Positions 37,541-50,745 of a stretch of 64,000 bases of DNA are shown here, one piece after another. The translations under genes and the position numbers were made by a program. Numbering within the stretch: position 1 is the first letter of the stretch; each line of letters starts with the position of its first letter. The stretch is from assembly GCF_006345805.1 (NCBI RefSeq), contig NC_043008.1:55304001-55368000 (forward strand), read 5' to 3'. The stretch is from Octopus sinensis. Its lineage: Eukaryota. The notes below the pieces were generated by a model. It was not told the origin of the DNA and did no database searches. It was given only the letters and a program-made list of their open reading frames with translations.

Positions 37541-38593
37541 ATATATATACATACACACATACAAAATTTGGGGGTTTAATTCACAGGTGATCTAAATGAT
37601 ATGTGTGTGTGTGTGTGTATGTGTAAATACAAACATATCAAACCACATGTACGCATATGCACGCACTTGCACACACATACACACACACACACTCATACAC
37701 ACTAGCATGGAAAAAACAGATGTAATGCAAATAAACAAGCGTATACATGTATTCATCTGTTATAAACTGGTTGAGAAGCAGAAACAACTGATGAAGAGAC
37801 AACTTTTTTGGGGTATTATCTTATTCTTTCCAATAATTTAATATTGAATTATTTATGCAAATCAAAGGCATGTGTATTATTAGAGAAACCTGTTGAGTTA
37901 TTTAATGTAAATCTATTTATTCTGGACACACACACACACACATATTTTTCTCCATTTGTCTGTCTGTCTCCGTCCCCGCCTCTCCCTTTTTCTACTACCT
38001 CTACCTCTTAACTACCTCCTACCTTCTCTATTTTATTGTTGAGTGCATCATAATTTATATATCTCATTCACATTTACTTCATTTGACATAAAGAATTAAC
38101 ATAAAAATCTCAGCCGCTATTTCTGACTGTTATAACTAAATGTGGAGACGAATTAATTAAATGGGTCAAATTTCAATTAGTATGTTATTAGTTATCCCCA
38201 GCAACATTTAGTTACTTAAAAAAACAAAAAAAAAAAGGAAAAAAAGAAAGGAGGATTAACACTGACTGTCTTATTAAATTTAATGTTAATTTCCGTAAAG
38301 ATGTTGATTATCCATCCAAAAATAGGATTGACATTTTCTGCTTCTCCAACACTTTTTTGGCATCTCTTGTAGCTATGGTTTACATATCCACCACTAAAAT
38401 TAATTCTTGCTCTGTGAACAGATATTTGATGGAGGAATATTACCTTGGCTGAAAGCATGTAAGGGCTAGTGACAGGAAAACCATCTGACCATAGAAAACC
38501 TACATTAACAAAATTCCATCCAACATTAGCAACCATGGAAAATTGTTCATTAAAATGACGATGATGATGATAATGGTATATATATATACATAC

Positions 38594-38639
<46 letters not shown>

Positions 38640-39604
38640 CACATAGATAGATATTTATATGACCGTGAATCTTATGTATGTTAGTGTCTCCTTGTTCTTG
38701 ACATCAGGTGATGATAGTTGTAAACAAGTGTCACTAATATATAAGCAGTGTCATTCATTTCCAATATTCTGCAGAAACATGTCTGCCCAAGGGGATATAT
38801 TACCCTGCTTAGAAACAGGTAAGGTTTGGTGACAAGACGGGCATCCAACCAGAGAAAAAGGGAAAGTCTGCCCTAACAAACTCAATCCAACCCATGCAAA
38901 CTTAGATAAGTGGATAATAATAATGAACAATTAATTACACTTTTCATTCAACATAAATTCAGTGAATATGTTCATTTAAAATAGTTTCTTTGTTTTCTGC
39001 ATTATTATAATTAGATTGTACTCATTATAACTGAAATTATTATAATTATTATAATAATGCAGAAGAAAGTAAATGCTGGGTTATGGATTGGCAAAATCAT
39101 AAGAGAATCTGACAAAATACCTTGCAGTAATTCTTTCTGGCTCTCTACACTCTGAGTTCAAATCCTACCAAAGTCAACTTAGCCTTTTGTTTCTCTGGGG
39201 TAGTACCAGTCAAGAAATGGGGCTGATGGTATTGAATAACACCTTCTCCTTGGGATTACCACCATTGTGCCTAAATTAGAAACAGTTACTATAACTAGAT
39301 TTAACCGTTTTGATACCAACTCACTGAGACCGTTCTAAATTAAAACTTTCCTTCAAATTTTGGCACAAGACCAGTAATTTTAAAGGAGTGGGTAAGTTGA
39401 TTACATTGACCCTGCAGTGTGCAATTGGTACTTATTTTATTGACCCTGAAAAGACAAAAGGCAAAGTCAACCTCAGAAGAATTTGAACTCAGGATGCAAA
39501 AAGCTAAAGGAAATGCCTTTTGTCTGACACAGTAACAATTCTACCAACTTACCATCTTAAGCACCATTTAAGTCACTTTTTATTAAATTCTTCATTAATA
39601 TATA

Positions 39605-39836
39605 ATTGCCAACCAAGTGTGGTGTCCTATACAGGACAGTGCTACTGATGTTTATAGCCCCAGGAAGTCATCTCTTCCAGATGGCTAACAACACACATTC
39701 TGTGTCCGATTAGTATTTGCAGACACACTAATCGGACACAGAATGCATATCGTTAGCCAGATGGAAGAGCTGACTTCCTAGGGCTATAAACGTCAGTAGC
39801 ACTGTCCTGTATAGGACACCACACTTGGTTGGCAAT
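39605..39836. repeat. 232-bp foldback element
   Basis: 110-bp arms (39605-39714, 39727-39836), 12-nt loop, about 9 mismatches; no clear TSD. Confidence 0.9.
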
Positions 39837-41836
39837 CACATGTTATGATTCTGTACTGCTACTGTTTATATTTCGCTCAGGAATTTATTATAACATATTT
39901 CTCTAAATTCTTCATTATTTTCAAAATAAATTAAAACAAACATAACTGTGGCATATGGTTATTGCAGTACTTAGGGTGCTGCCACACCCAATGCCACCAA
40001 ATTTCAAGCAGGGGTATAACAAAAGTTTTCCATTCAAATTTGTGATTAATTCAATGAGTAAGGTTAATGATTATAATGAGTTTGCCATTTTCGATGGGTG
40101 TGCAGTGCACACCTAGCATACCGGAATATACACCCCTGAAACATAATGTATGTTAATGGAAATAAGGTAAAAAGCAGGTCGATCATATAAGCCCTGTATT
40201 TATTAATCTTCATAATTTTTTTTTTTAATTTCTCTGTAGTTTTTATGTTTACAGTGTTTTAGTGTTCTGAACATTATAACAGCTGCTTTGAAACTCACCA
40301 GCAAAGAGGACAACTATATTACCATTCTGAACATTACTATATAACAGAAGCTGGATAAATACCATTTTTTTTCTTTTTTTTTGTCTTGTTCGAACTGTTC
40401 TTTAAAAAAAGAAAAAGAAAAGGAATCAAACAACACTGAACCAACTCAAATATTGTATTGCATTGTTTTTCTTTATTTTGTTTATTTTCTGCTTTTTTTT
40501 TCTTCTTGAATCGCTTCTCTACACAACTCAATTGAATTTATTGCCAAGATTCCACAGCTCTCAGATATGAAGAACTCTATATAACAGAGCTCAATGGAAT
40601 GTATTACCAATATTCCAAGAATCTTAGATATGAAGTATCTGTCCATTCAAAAAAAAAAACAAAAAAAAAAACAGGAAATCCAAAATATTTCAAAGAACAA
40701 TATTAAAGAAAAAAACCAACAAAATGGACAAATAACAAAACCTTTCAGTATTTTCTTATATGTGTGTGTCTGTACATATATTTGTACGGGGATACATAAA
40801 TACATACATACATACACACAATAGTGGTGAAATGCAAGAATGAGTGCTCAACACTACAGTTGGTGGATAAATATATTCTTTATTTGTGGAGTAACAATGC
40901 TACTAACATGGAGGCAGATTAGTAAGATCCATGAGTGGGACACTTAAAAAATTGTGGAATTTTTATGCATGAAACTAATGGTAGCATTGATAACCCATAA
41001 ATAAAGTAGACGTGTGTATGTGTGTATGTTCTTTCACTCTTTTGCTAAATGCAGATGTTTAATTTTGACCATGCTGAAACATCACACTAATGGGTTTCAG
41101 TTTTATTGTACACAACTTATTTCAGTCTGGTACTACTTTTATCAATCTTTGTTGAACTGCTAAGTCACAGAACATAAAGCTAAACTAGTTTTTAGAGTGT
41201 AAACATGAATAAACACACACACACACAATATACATATACATATATATATATACATATATATATATATTTATATATATATATATATAATTGTGCAGAAACA
41301 CACATACACACATGCATTTTTAGTGTTGAAAGAAGACGAAAATAACTAAAACAAAATAAACAAATTGTAGTATCTCCACAAAAAAAATATAAATATGATA
41401 TATACATATGTATATTATTTTTTAAAGTGCCTTTATATTAAATGTTTTTATTGTTTTTGTTGTTGTTGTTTTATTTGATCGATTAATTATGTCAAGAGTT
41501 TTAATGAAATTTGTAGATTCTTCAGGACACAAGAAACCCTTGCTTAACCTCTCCTGTCAATCAACCATTCTTTTACACAATCTAATAACTAGTTTCAATC
41601 ATTGGACTGTGGCCATGCTTGGGCAATTGTGTTGGTTGTTTAATTTTTGCATTATTGGTTGTTTGACTATTGTATGTTAATCACTGTAAAACAACAAACC
41701 ATTCATTAAATTTCTAATATAATTTGGAGCTCGATCATTAAAACCTTGTCTATTTATTCTTTGCTAGTGCAGCAGTTGATGGTAGTCTGGGGGTTAATGT
41801 CTTGCCAGTGGTAGGAAATTAATTTAAGATATTTCA

Positions 41837-42050
41837 GTCTTGAGATCAACTCCTGAGCCCAACACCACTTGAATGCAACATCTCCTGTGAACAATATTCT
41901 TCGGCCAAACATCTCTTAAGATCAACACATCTTGACACAAAAACACTTTTTGGGCTTAAGACTTCTTGAACCCAACACCTTTTGACCATCTTGAAATCAA
42001 CATCTCTTGAGGCCAACATCTTTTGAACACAACACCTTTTGAGACTAACA
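41837..42050. repeat. Degenerate ~17-20-bp minisatellite
   Basis: Recurring caacatctcttgag / caacaccttttga units. Confidence 0.6.
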
Positions 42051-42799
42051 GCTCAAAAATATCATATTATATTTACATTCACTATTTAAACAGTATTAAA
42101 ATCCATTCTTTTTTAAATTTTTCAAATCTATGTTCTTCCTATTTTAAAATATACATTTGCTGTTTGGCATTAGGAAGGGCATGGTGTTAGGAAGGGCATC
42201 CAGCTGTAGAAACACTGCCAGATCAGACTGGGCCTGGTGCAGCCTTCTGGCTTCCCAGACCCCAGTTGAACCGTCCAACCCATGCTAGCATGGAAAGCGG
42301 ACGTTAAACGATGATGACATTTGTTACACCTGATTCTTTCAATTGAAACTAAACACAAGGCCTATTTCATAAGGTTGTGGGGTTGATAAAATAACTTCAG
42401 CATAAGAATAAATCTGATACTTATTCTGCAGTGGTTTAATACAGATGTAATTCACCTTATGAGACATGAAATAACCACACTAGAAAATAATTTAACACAT
42501 GGAGATGGATTATGTTACAAAGCCTAGATAATGTTTAGAAAGTCTGCACTACTTAATCAATAAATAGCCCAGCCTTTATGAAAAACATTTTAAACACTAA
42601 TTTAAGGCAAAAAGAGGGCATTGCCAAGGTGCATTGCCAGGCAAAAAAAGGGCATTGCCAGCTTCCCCAATTCCACTAAACAGTGTCTGCTGTTAGATTT
42701 TCTCAGATTTCTGATATTTTAGCTGTCCCATATAGCTTTATCGAGTCAATATGCTTGTAAATCAAGCATTTTATTTTAATTCCATATTCCATTTATATT

Positions 42800-43265
42800 C
42801 ACACAAGTGAAGGTCATTGCAGATAGGTTTAAAGAGTGGATGTCTGCGGAAACTCATATATGCTGAAGACCTCCTTGTTCTTAGAGCTGAATCTGTTGTA
42901 GAATCAAAGAAGGAATTCCAGGCATGGAGACAAAACCTGGAATCAAAGTTGACATGGTAAAGAATAAAGTACTGATAAGTAGGAAAACAAACAAGACAAT
43001 ATAGAAAAGGAAGAAACTCCATATGGTGTACCTAAAGCAAATTATGAACATGTAATAGATGCAGAGACAGGTTAGTACAAGAAGCAGACTTTGTACAGGG
43101 GTAATAAACTCTAAAAGTGCATGGGAAAAAGATTCTCTCAAACGTCCAGGAGGATCCCTAGAAGTAGTAGATAGCTTCTCTTAGTTGGGTGAGCTTATTA
43201 GCAGAGATGGGGGATATCTTGAATATATATATAGTAGCCAGAGTAAAAACATGCTGGAGAAAGTA
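42800..43265 (+). mobile_element. Old RTE RT fragment
   Basis: KSGCLRKLIYAEDLL...KKEFQAWRQNLESK parallels GCPWELLYADDL of the younger RTE copies. Confidence 0.6.
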
Positions 43266-44748
43266 CATAAATTTGAGGTCACGAGAACGGTCATATCTAA
43301 ATAAATGGCAGTCACTGTAGCACTGATACCATGAGAAAATGCATTCAGTTCACTCTGTAAAAAAGTTGGTTTCAGGGGTAAACCATGATCAGCAAGATGG
43401 TTCTCCCAGAGTGAGGCCCTTCCATTGCACTCCGGTTGTTACTGTTACTACGATATTATACCTTAGAATTAATTGCAATCACCCCAAATGTGGGCGACTC
43501 AGGTGCGCTATTTCTAAGTGTGGGGTCTGCGTTCGCGCTCACCCCGTAACTCTTTTTTGCACTCTTTGACAAGTTGTGGTGCACCTGAGCATTGTATACA
43601 ATAATTTCATCATTATTATTATTATAGGAAGGACAACCAAGCTATCTCCATCATATTAGTTGTACAGATTATGATCCTCCAACGTGTCTAGGAGAGTTTT
43701 AACCTGAATAAGAACTGATTCACGAGAGGACGACACGTCAGCATGGAAAATTATGAAGATGACAATGACATCGATGTTGATAGTGGTGTTATTGTTTTGA
43801 TGGTAGTGGTGATGATGTATTTGGTGATTTTGCTCTTGTTACTGTTGTTTACCGCGAGATCATCCCTATCGTTCAAGCTTCCGAGCTACAACCATTCATT
43901 TTCTCCCTCCTACCTGACAGTATATCTAGTAATACATTATTCAGTGTGTCCTTGTCCTTTTTTTTTTTTTTTAAGTTGGTATGTGTGATCGAGGTTGTTT
44001 TGTGACTGTAACAAGAAAAATAAATTGACTAAAAAAAAAAGATTTTAATTCATAATTTTGGTTATGTTCCCTCAGTTACATCACTAATGAATTTTCGAAA
44101 GAAATGACCATCACTACATCACATTTACGTTCCCATAAACTTTTGAAATTCCTATCCAGAAGAAAAACGATACAAGGGAAGTAACTCTCAATCACTAATA
44201 TATTAGGTTTAGTGATGCACTAAATAAATAATTCCTTCCTAATTTTGGCACAAGACCAGCTATTTTGTGGGATAAGTGGGTAAGTCGATTACAGAGACCA
44301 CAGACCACAGTGCTCAACTAATTTTTACTTTATTGACCCTGAACGGATGAAGAGCGAAGCTGACCTCGGCGGTAATAATATTTATTAATGAGATTATTGT
44401 ATACAGCGCTCAGATGAATTACAACCCTAAGGTTTTTAACTCGCACTGATTTTGTCAGTAAAAGGAGGCAGAAAACAGCAATTAGTCAAGTAAGGAAAGC
44501 AATGAAAGCTAAAAATGTATGCAATAAAATACACACACACGAAAAGGGGGGAAAAACGCAGAGCCGGATGATACAGATCTCAGTAGAGTATGAACACATC
44601 ATAGAATGACCTCCAGGCACGTAGCTACGGAGGGGCTATAGAGTGCTCAGCCCCTCCACTCATAAGCAATATCTTATTTTCTTTACTGCCCACAAGGGGC
44701 TACATACACACAGAGGGAACAAACAAGGACAGACAAGGAATTAAGGTA

Positions 44749-45069
44749 CTTGTCAAGTGTAGTGGTCCCGGTTTGCGCACACGTGCAGACGCGCGTCCGC
44801 GCTAGCCAGATGTAGGCAGTCGATCATAAGAGCTGACTGGCGCATGCACGATATATACGATATATACTTGTATCGATATATACGTATATACGATATATTT
44901 ACTTGTATATTATACGATACAAGTATATATCGTATATATATCGTATACACGTATATATCGTATATATCGTGCATGCGCCAGTCAGCTCCTATGATCGACT
45001 GTCTACGTCTGGCTAGCGCGGACGCGCGTCTGCGTGTGTGCGCAAACCGGGACCACTACACTTGACAAG
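44749..45069. mobile_element. 321-bp CpG-rich foldback MITE with 3-bp TSD
   Basis: Ends CTTGTCAAGTGTAGTGGTCCCGG...; about 128-bp arms with 5 mismatches; GTA at 44746-44748 and 45070-45072. Confidence 0.85.
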
Positions 45070-47214
45070 GTACCCAATAACTGAAGTCGCTAAAGATGCA
45101 ATAAATTGAATTTCGGATCTTTTCTTTTTGAAAGCCAGGTTTTTCAGTTTTTCTAGTTAACTAAATAATTTGAAACTTCGTATACTGGTAGAATGTGTCG
45201 AATTTCTTTTGATTTAGTTGTTAGTGATATGAAAATGTGGGTAAATTAGAGCTGGTCAAAGTGTTTGTTGTAGCTGTAATTGTTGTCTCAGAATTGGCTG
45301 CTGACCCGGTCATCAACTGTGGGTTAAATTAAGGAGTCCGTGCTGCTGGGTCAGTTGTTGTTGTTGTTGTTGTTGCTGTGGTGCTCATGGTGGTGACGGC
45401 GGTGCAGGTGATTGTCCTCGTTGCTGTGAAGAATTGTTGCTGTAATTAGCGGTTTCTGGTAGTAAACGTATCACTACACACGTGATGAATAGAGACGGAC
45501 ATTAATTAAAAAGTAATTTTATTTCTACGAGTCAGAGAGGATTATTATTATTCGCGAAAAAGAAAAGAAAATTTTTTGAAATTTCCCAAAATATACATTC
45601 AGAAAGGATTTTTCAGGTGAGAACTTTTTTACTGAATAATTTTGCTTACTCTTTGAACAAAGTTTATACTGAAATTATTTTGTGTTTAACTAAAAAAAAA
45701 AAGCATAACTTTGAAGAAATTGAAAAAAAAAAATACTTGAACCGAAATCTCTATCGAGTTTAATTTTAAAATATATAAATTCTAAGAAATTGTTACTGTT
45801 ACTACGATATTATACCTTAGAATTAATTATTGCGAATATCAGTGCCCAAAAATAATGAATCACGGTCAAACTAAAGCGTTTGACCCGGTCATAAAAACAA
45901 ACAAAAAAATAGTGTAATAGGTGTAAAACAACTTGCTCTAAATGAATATGACAAAAAAAATGCACGCTCGCGAAAGGTGGGGGGGACTCGGAAAATTCAC
46001 ATCTTCGGTCCATGGCTTTTGTTGTTCTGGAATTACTTACAAACATCTTACACGCTGCAAATTCTCTTAAATATTCAACCTTACCCTGCTCCTATTTACA
46101 AAACTTGCCACTCTTTTTCATTTTTTTAAATTCTTTATGCAGACAGTTTGTGTTATTAAATTCTCTTTAACATACATTTAAATTATTATGTTATAGAAAT
46201 AATTTTAACATGTCCGTTGCACATTTCTTGAGTACAAACAAGTTCATTTCTTGGGTATAAACAACAAAATTACAACTTATTATCTTCAGACCTGGCTGAG
46301 GTTTGCACCATCTCAATCAGGCATCTCTTACCCTTGTCTCTCTTCTCTAAAAATTATGCTCAAACCTTCCCTGAATGGGAAGCATTTTGGAGCTCTTCTC
46401 TACTCATGTCTTTATTGCACATGTTCACTTGCAATGACTCAAGAGGAGCATTAGAACACATTGAATGGTATAATCTTTGGTACACCACTCTCTTCTACTT
46501 GTTTCAGTCATTGGACTGCAGCCATGCTAGGGCTTTGCCTTAAAGGATTTCACTCAAACAAATCAACCCCAATGCTTATTTTTTTAAAACTCTGGTACTT
46601 ATTCTGTTGGACTGCTTAGTTACAGGGATGTAAACAAACTAATGCCAGTTGTCAAGTAGTGAGGGTGGGGTACAAAGACACGCATACAACAGACTTCCAC
46701 AGTTTCTATCTACCAAATTCTCGCACTGGGCACTGGTCAGCCTGAGGTCAGGTAGAGTAGAAGGCACTTGCCCAAAATGCCATGCAGTGGAACTGAACTT
46801 GAAACCATTTTAACCTGACAAAAATAAAGAAAACCATTGAGATGGTCATGGCTAGGCTACCTTTGGTTCATAAGTTTACTTGATTTGAGCAAACCTTTTG
46901 GTTAAACTACAACATGAAAAGATCAACGTAGTCCATAGCCAAACAACCTTTCTTCTTTTTGTTAGGGAGATTTTAAACACAAGGGTTACTGTTTGGGGGA
47001 GGTCGTATTTCTTTACTGTTATGGATATCGCATTTTTCTTTCTTTTTTTTTTCTTCTGACTTGTATTATATAGTCTTTGACTCAATTCACCAGTGCCAAC
47101 TCAAAAGAATACAAACTATTATTTCACTTCAATGGTGTTGGTTAATGTATTGATATTAATAACTTCACCACACACACACATTCAACTCCATAATAATAAT
47201 AATTATTATTATTA

Positions 47215-48580
47215 TTTCTTTATTGCCCACAAGGGGCTAAACATAGAGGACAGACAAACGGATTAAGTCGATTATATCGACCCCAGTGCGTAACTGGTAC
47301 TTATTTAATCGACCCTGAAAGGATGAAAGGCAAAGTCGACCTTGGCGGAATTTGAACTCAGAACGTAGTGGCAGACGAAATACGGCTAAGCATTTCGTCC
47401 AACGTCCTAACGATTCTGCCAGCAACAACAGATACTAAAGATGGTGCTATGGCCTTTTCTCTGATAATATCTTTCTTGCTTATTTAAATTCAGTTCAATG
47501 CACACTTGCCTTGAACCAACCATTTCTCTTTGTGTGTGTGTATGTTCTTGATAATCGTTTGGAACAAGTAGTTTTACACCAATTATACATTTTTTAATTT
47601 TTTTCTGGCCCGGGTCAAACACAATAGTTTAAAGGCCATAGACTGAAGATGTCGATTTTTTTTTTTCAGTTTTTGTGCCCGGGTCAGACCCGGAACATTC
47701 ACGATGTGAATTTTCCGAGTCCTCTCCCACACACCCCTTTCGCGAGCGAGCATTTTTTTTTTTTTGTCATATTCATTTAGAGCAAGTTGTTTTACACATA
47801 TTACACTATTTTTTGTTTTGTTTTTATGACCGGGTCAAACGCTTTAGTTTCATCGCCTTTTCCCTCTAGTAAGCTGCCCATAAAAAAGATCTGTTTAGAC
47901 ATCTTTCCATCTTCCATTCTAGCAACACGACCATCCCAACATATCTGGTTCCAAATTATTCCTTTCTCTATACTTGTACTGCTGGCTCTCTCTCAACTAT
48001 CAAGTGTATATGAGGACCACTTGGTGTTCAAGATGAAGCCTCTCCAAATGCTTGAAGGACACTACATGCATGATGGAGATATTCGTTTACAACTGCTAAG
48101 TGATGTCAAAGAAAGGAGACAGTAACACACACACACATGACCAGTTCCATTTCACTTTCCTATTTCTTTATTGCCCGCAAGGGGCTACACACAGAGGGGT
48201 CAAACAAGGACAGACAAATGGATTAAGTCAATTGTATTGACCCCAGTGCATAACTGGTACTTATTTAATCGACCCCGAAAGGATGAAAGGCAAAGTCAAC
48301 CTCGGTGGAATTTGAACTCAGAACGTAACAGCAGACGAAATACCTATTTCTTTATTGCCCACAAGGGGCTAAACACAGAGAGGACAAACAAGGACAGACA
48401 AACGAATTAAGTCGATTATATCGACCCCAGTGCGTAACTGGTATGTATTTAATCGACCCTGAAAGGATGAAAGGCAAAGTCGACCTCGGTGGAATTTGAA
48501 CTCAGAACATAAAGACAGGTGAAATACTGCTAAGCATTTCGCCCGGCATACTAATTTTTCTGCCAGCTCACCGCCTTCCA
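47215..48580 (-). mobile_element. Three family B SINE copies (47215-47420, 48163-48345, 48346-48580)
   Basis: Reverse-complement family B; the last two join at gaaata|ggtatttc. Intervening DNA is other sequence. Confidence 0.85.
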
Positions 48581-48844
48581 TTCACTTTCTGTTTACCAAG
48601 TGATGCTGTTATACCTGAGAGAGTAAGCAGCAGAGGTATAGAGAAAAGAATAAATTTGAACCAGATGCATTGGTGAGAGAGATGGAAGATGGAGAATATG
48701 AGAATATTTATTAATCACTGCAATTGTTTTGCCCAATCTAGCATCGATGGTTGAGTCAATAAAATAGGATTTCACTACACCTCCATTTAGAGCACAGTTT
48801 AAGCTATCTTTTTGGGGAAGAAGGTTTATGTTCCTATAACCTGT

Positions 48845-49229
48845 GTTAATTCTGAAACCCTTTAAAATGGAAGATAAAAAAGTTCATTTTTGGCACTTGA
48901 TGCTTTGGGAACCAGACAAAAATTACTGCAGCTCGGCTGGGATGTGTTAACCCAGCTCCTTCGGATTTCCACTTATTCAGATCTCTGCAGATTAGTCTTA
49001 ATGGTAAAAATTTCAATTCCTTGGATGACGTAAAAAGATACCTTGATGAATTCTTTGCCATGAAACCACCTCAATTCTTGGAAGAGGGTATTTTCAAGTT
49101 AAAGGAAAGATGGAGATGCATTGTGCAACAAAATAGTTCATATTTGGTTGATTAAAAATGTAATGGCAAGAATTTATTGACCTTTTCTTTCCTTTAAAAA
49201 TCGGCACGAACTTTCCGGACAACCCAATA
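48845..49229 (+). mobile_element. Internally deleted mariner remnant
   Basis: MEDKKVHFWHLMLWE (48867) is fused to QKLLQLGWDVL..APSDFHLFRSLQ...KERWRCIVQQNSSYLVD* (stop 49153-49155); 3' TIR-like ggcacgaactttccggacaacccaa followed by TA. Confidence 0.9.
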
Positions 49230-49798
49230 AATTAGTTATTGAGCCAAAAGGTGTCTTTATCTCATTTGCATATATAACTATTTCCATTTAGATTTTTGAT
49301 GCTCAATGTATTAACACTAATCATGGTTCTGATCCACTCTGTCTATGGAAATAACCAATCAATACCTTGCTGATAACTCACAGAATTTAAACATGCCTGA
49401 AATGTCAAGAATACTGAAATTTTTACATTTGATTAGATATTTAGCTATTATTGATTAGTTGTCTCAGTAATGCTGGACTGGATAGACTAGAATTTAGAAG
49501 ACTGGAAATTAGGTAAATGTGTAAATATATGCCATTTTTGGTATTTGCGTAATATTCCATGAGATTGAGGATTTGCTGACCATTATATTGGAAACAATTC
49601 CTTCAGATGGCTTGAAGATTTATATCAAAAGTGTTCCTACTTCAGAGTAGGTCTTGTGGAACCCAGACAGATAAATGCTGTAACTATTACAACTTTTAAT
49701 CTGTAGAGAAAGATGTATTAAAGAATACTTTGTATTGCTACCACCAAATAGGAGAATAGTACAGCATTTAATAGCATATAAGAAGCACCTTATTACTG

Positions 49799-50057
49799 TT
49801 TCCTTCTCGAGCCATGCCTAGCTCATTACGCCCGGTTTCCTTGGCGTATAGGTTCCCCACCTGGACAGGTGAGCTGCAAGATGCGGGAGGAAAGAGTGAG
49901 AGAAAATTGTGGCGAAAGAGTCGGCAGAAGTTCGCCATTACCTTCTGCCGGAGCCACATGGAGCTTAGGTGTTTCGCTCATAAACACACACACATCGCCC
50001 AGTCTGAGATTCGAACCCGCGAGTCTGCTGCTCTAACCACTAGGCCATGTGCCTCCA
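49799..50057 (-). mobile_element. tRNA-derived SINE related to family D, with 13-bp TSD
   Basis: Head tggcctagtggttagagcagc...gttcgaatctc; TSD CACCTTATTACTG at 49786-49798 and 50058-50070. Confidence 0.9.
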
Positions 50058-50305
50058 CACCTTATTACTGAAAAAGTCACAGAAGCAAAGTAAAAAAAAT
50101 CCCCAGGTCCTTTATGCAAAGTTGGGACTATGTTATATGTTTTAAACTTTTAGCATTCAGATTACTGTCGAATCTAATACATTTTTATTGTTTTGAATTA
50201 ATCATGCCTTATCTTGTAGCTTCCAATGACATGATTGCTTAATTTTGGAATGATCTTGTAGGGTAGATGTGAGAAGCTGGATCTAACCAGTTTTAACACA
50301 GAACT

Positions 50306-50745
50306 TATTTCTTTACTGCCCACAAGGGGCTACACACAGAGGGGACAAACAAGGACAGACAAATGGATTAAGTCAATTACATCGATCCCAGTGCACAACT
50401 GGTACCTATTTAATCGACCCCGAAAGGATAAAAGGCAAAGTTGACCTCGGTGGAATTTGAACTCAGAACATAGATGTGAGAAGCTGGATCTAACCAGTTT
50501 TAACATAGAACTTATTTCTTTACGACCTACAATGGGCTAAACACAGAGAGGACAAACAAGGACAGACAAACGGATTGAGTCAATTATATCGACTCCAGTG
50601 CGTAACTGCTACTTAATTTATTGACCCCGAAAGGATGAAAGGCAAAGTTGACCTTGGCGGAATTTGAACTCAGAACGTAGTGGCAGACGAAATACCGCTA
50701 AGCATTTCGCCCAGCGTGCAAACGTTTCTGCCAGCTCGCCGCCTT
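50306..50745 (-). mobile_element. Two family B SINEs inserted at the same site
   Basis: Truncated copy 50306-50470 with a 42-bp flanking duplication; full copy 50513-50745 with a 17-bp TSD. Confidence 0.85.

Noticed and set aside
44753-45065. Two near-identical 73-aa ORFs on opposite strands
   Set aside because: A consequence of the palindromic element.
46290-46468. Possible + strand exon (tcttcAG ... ATG|GTATAA)
   Set aside because: No convincing reading frame and no partner exons; the donor is weak.
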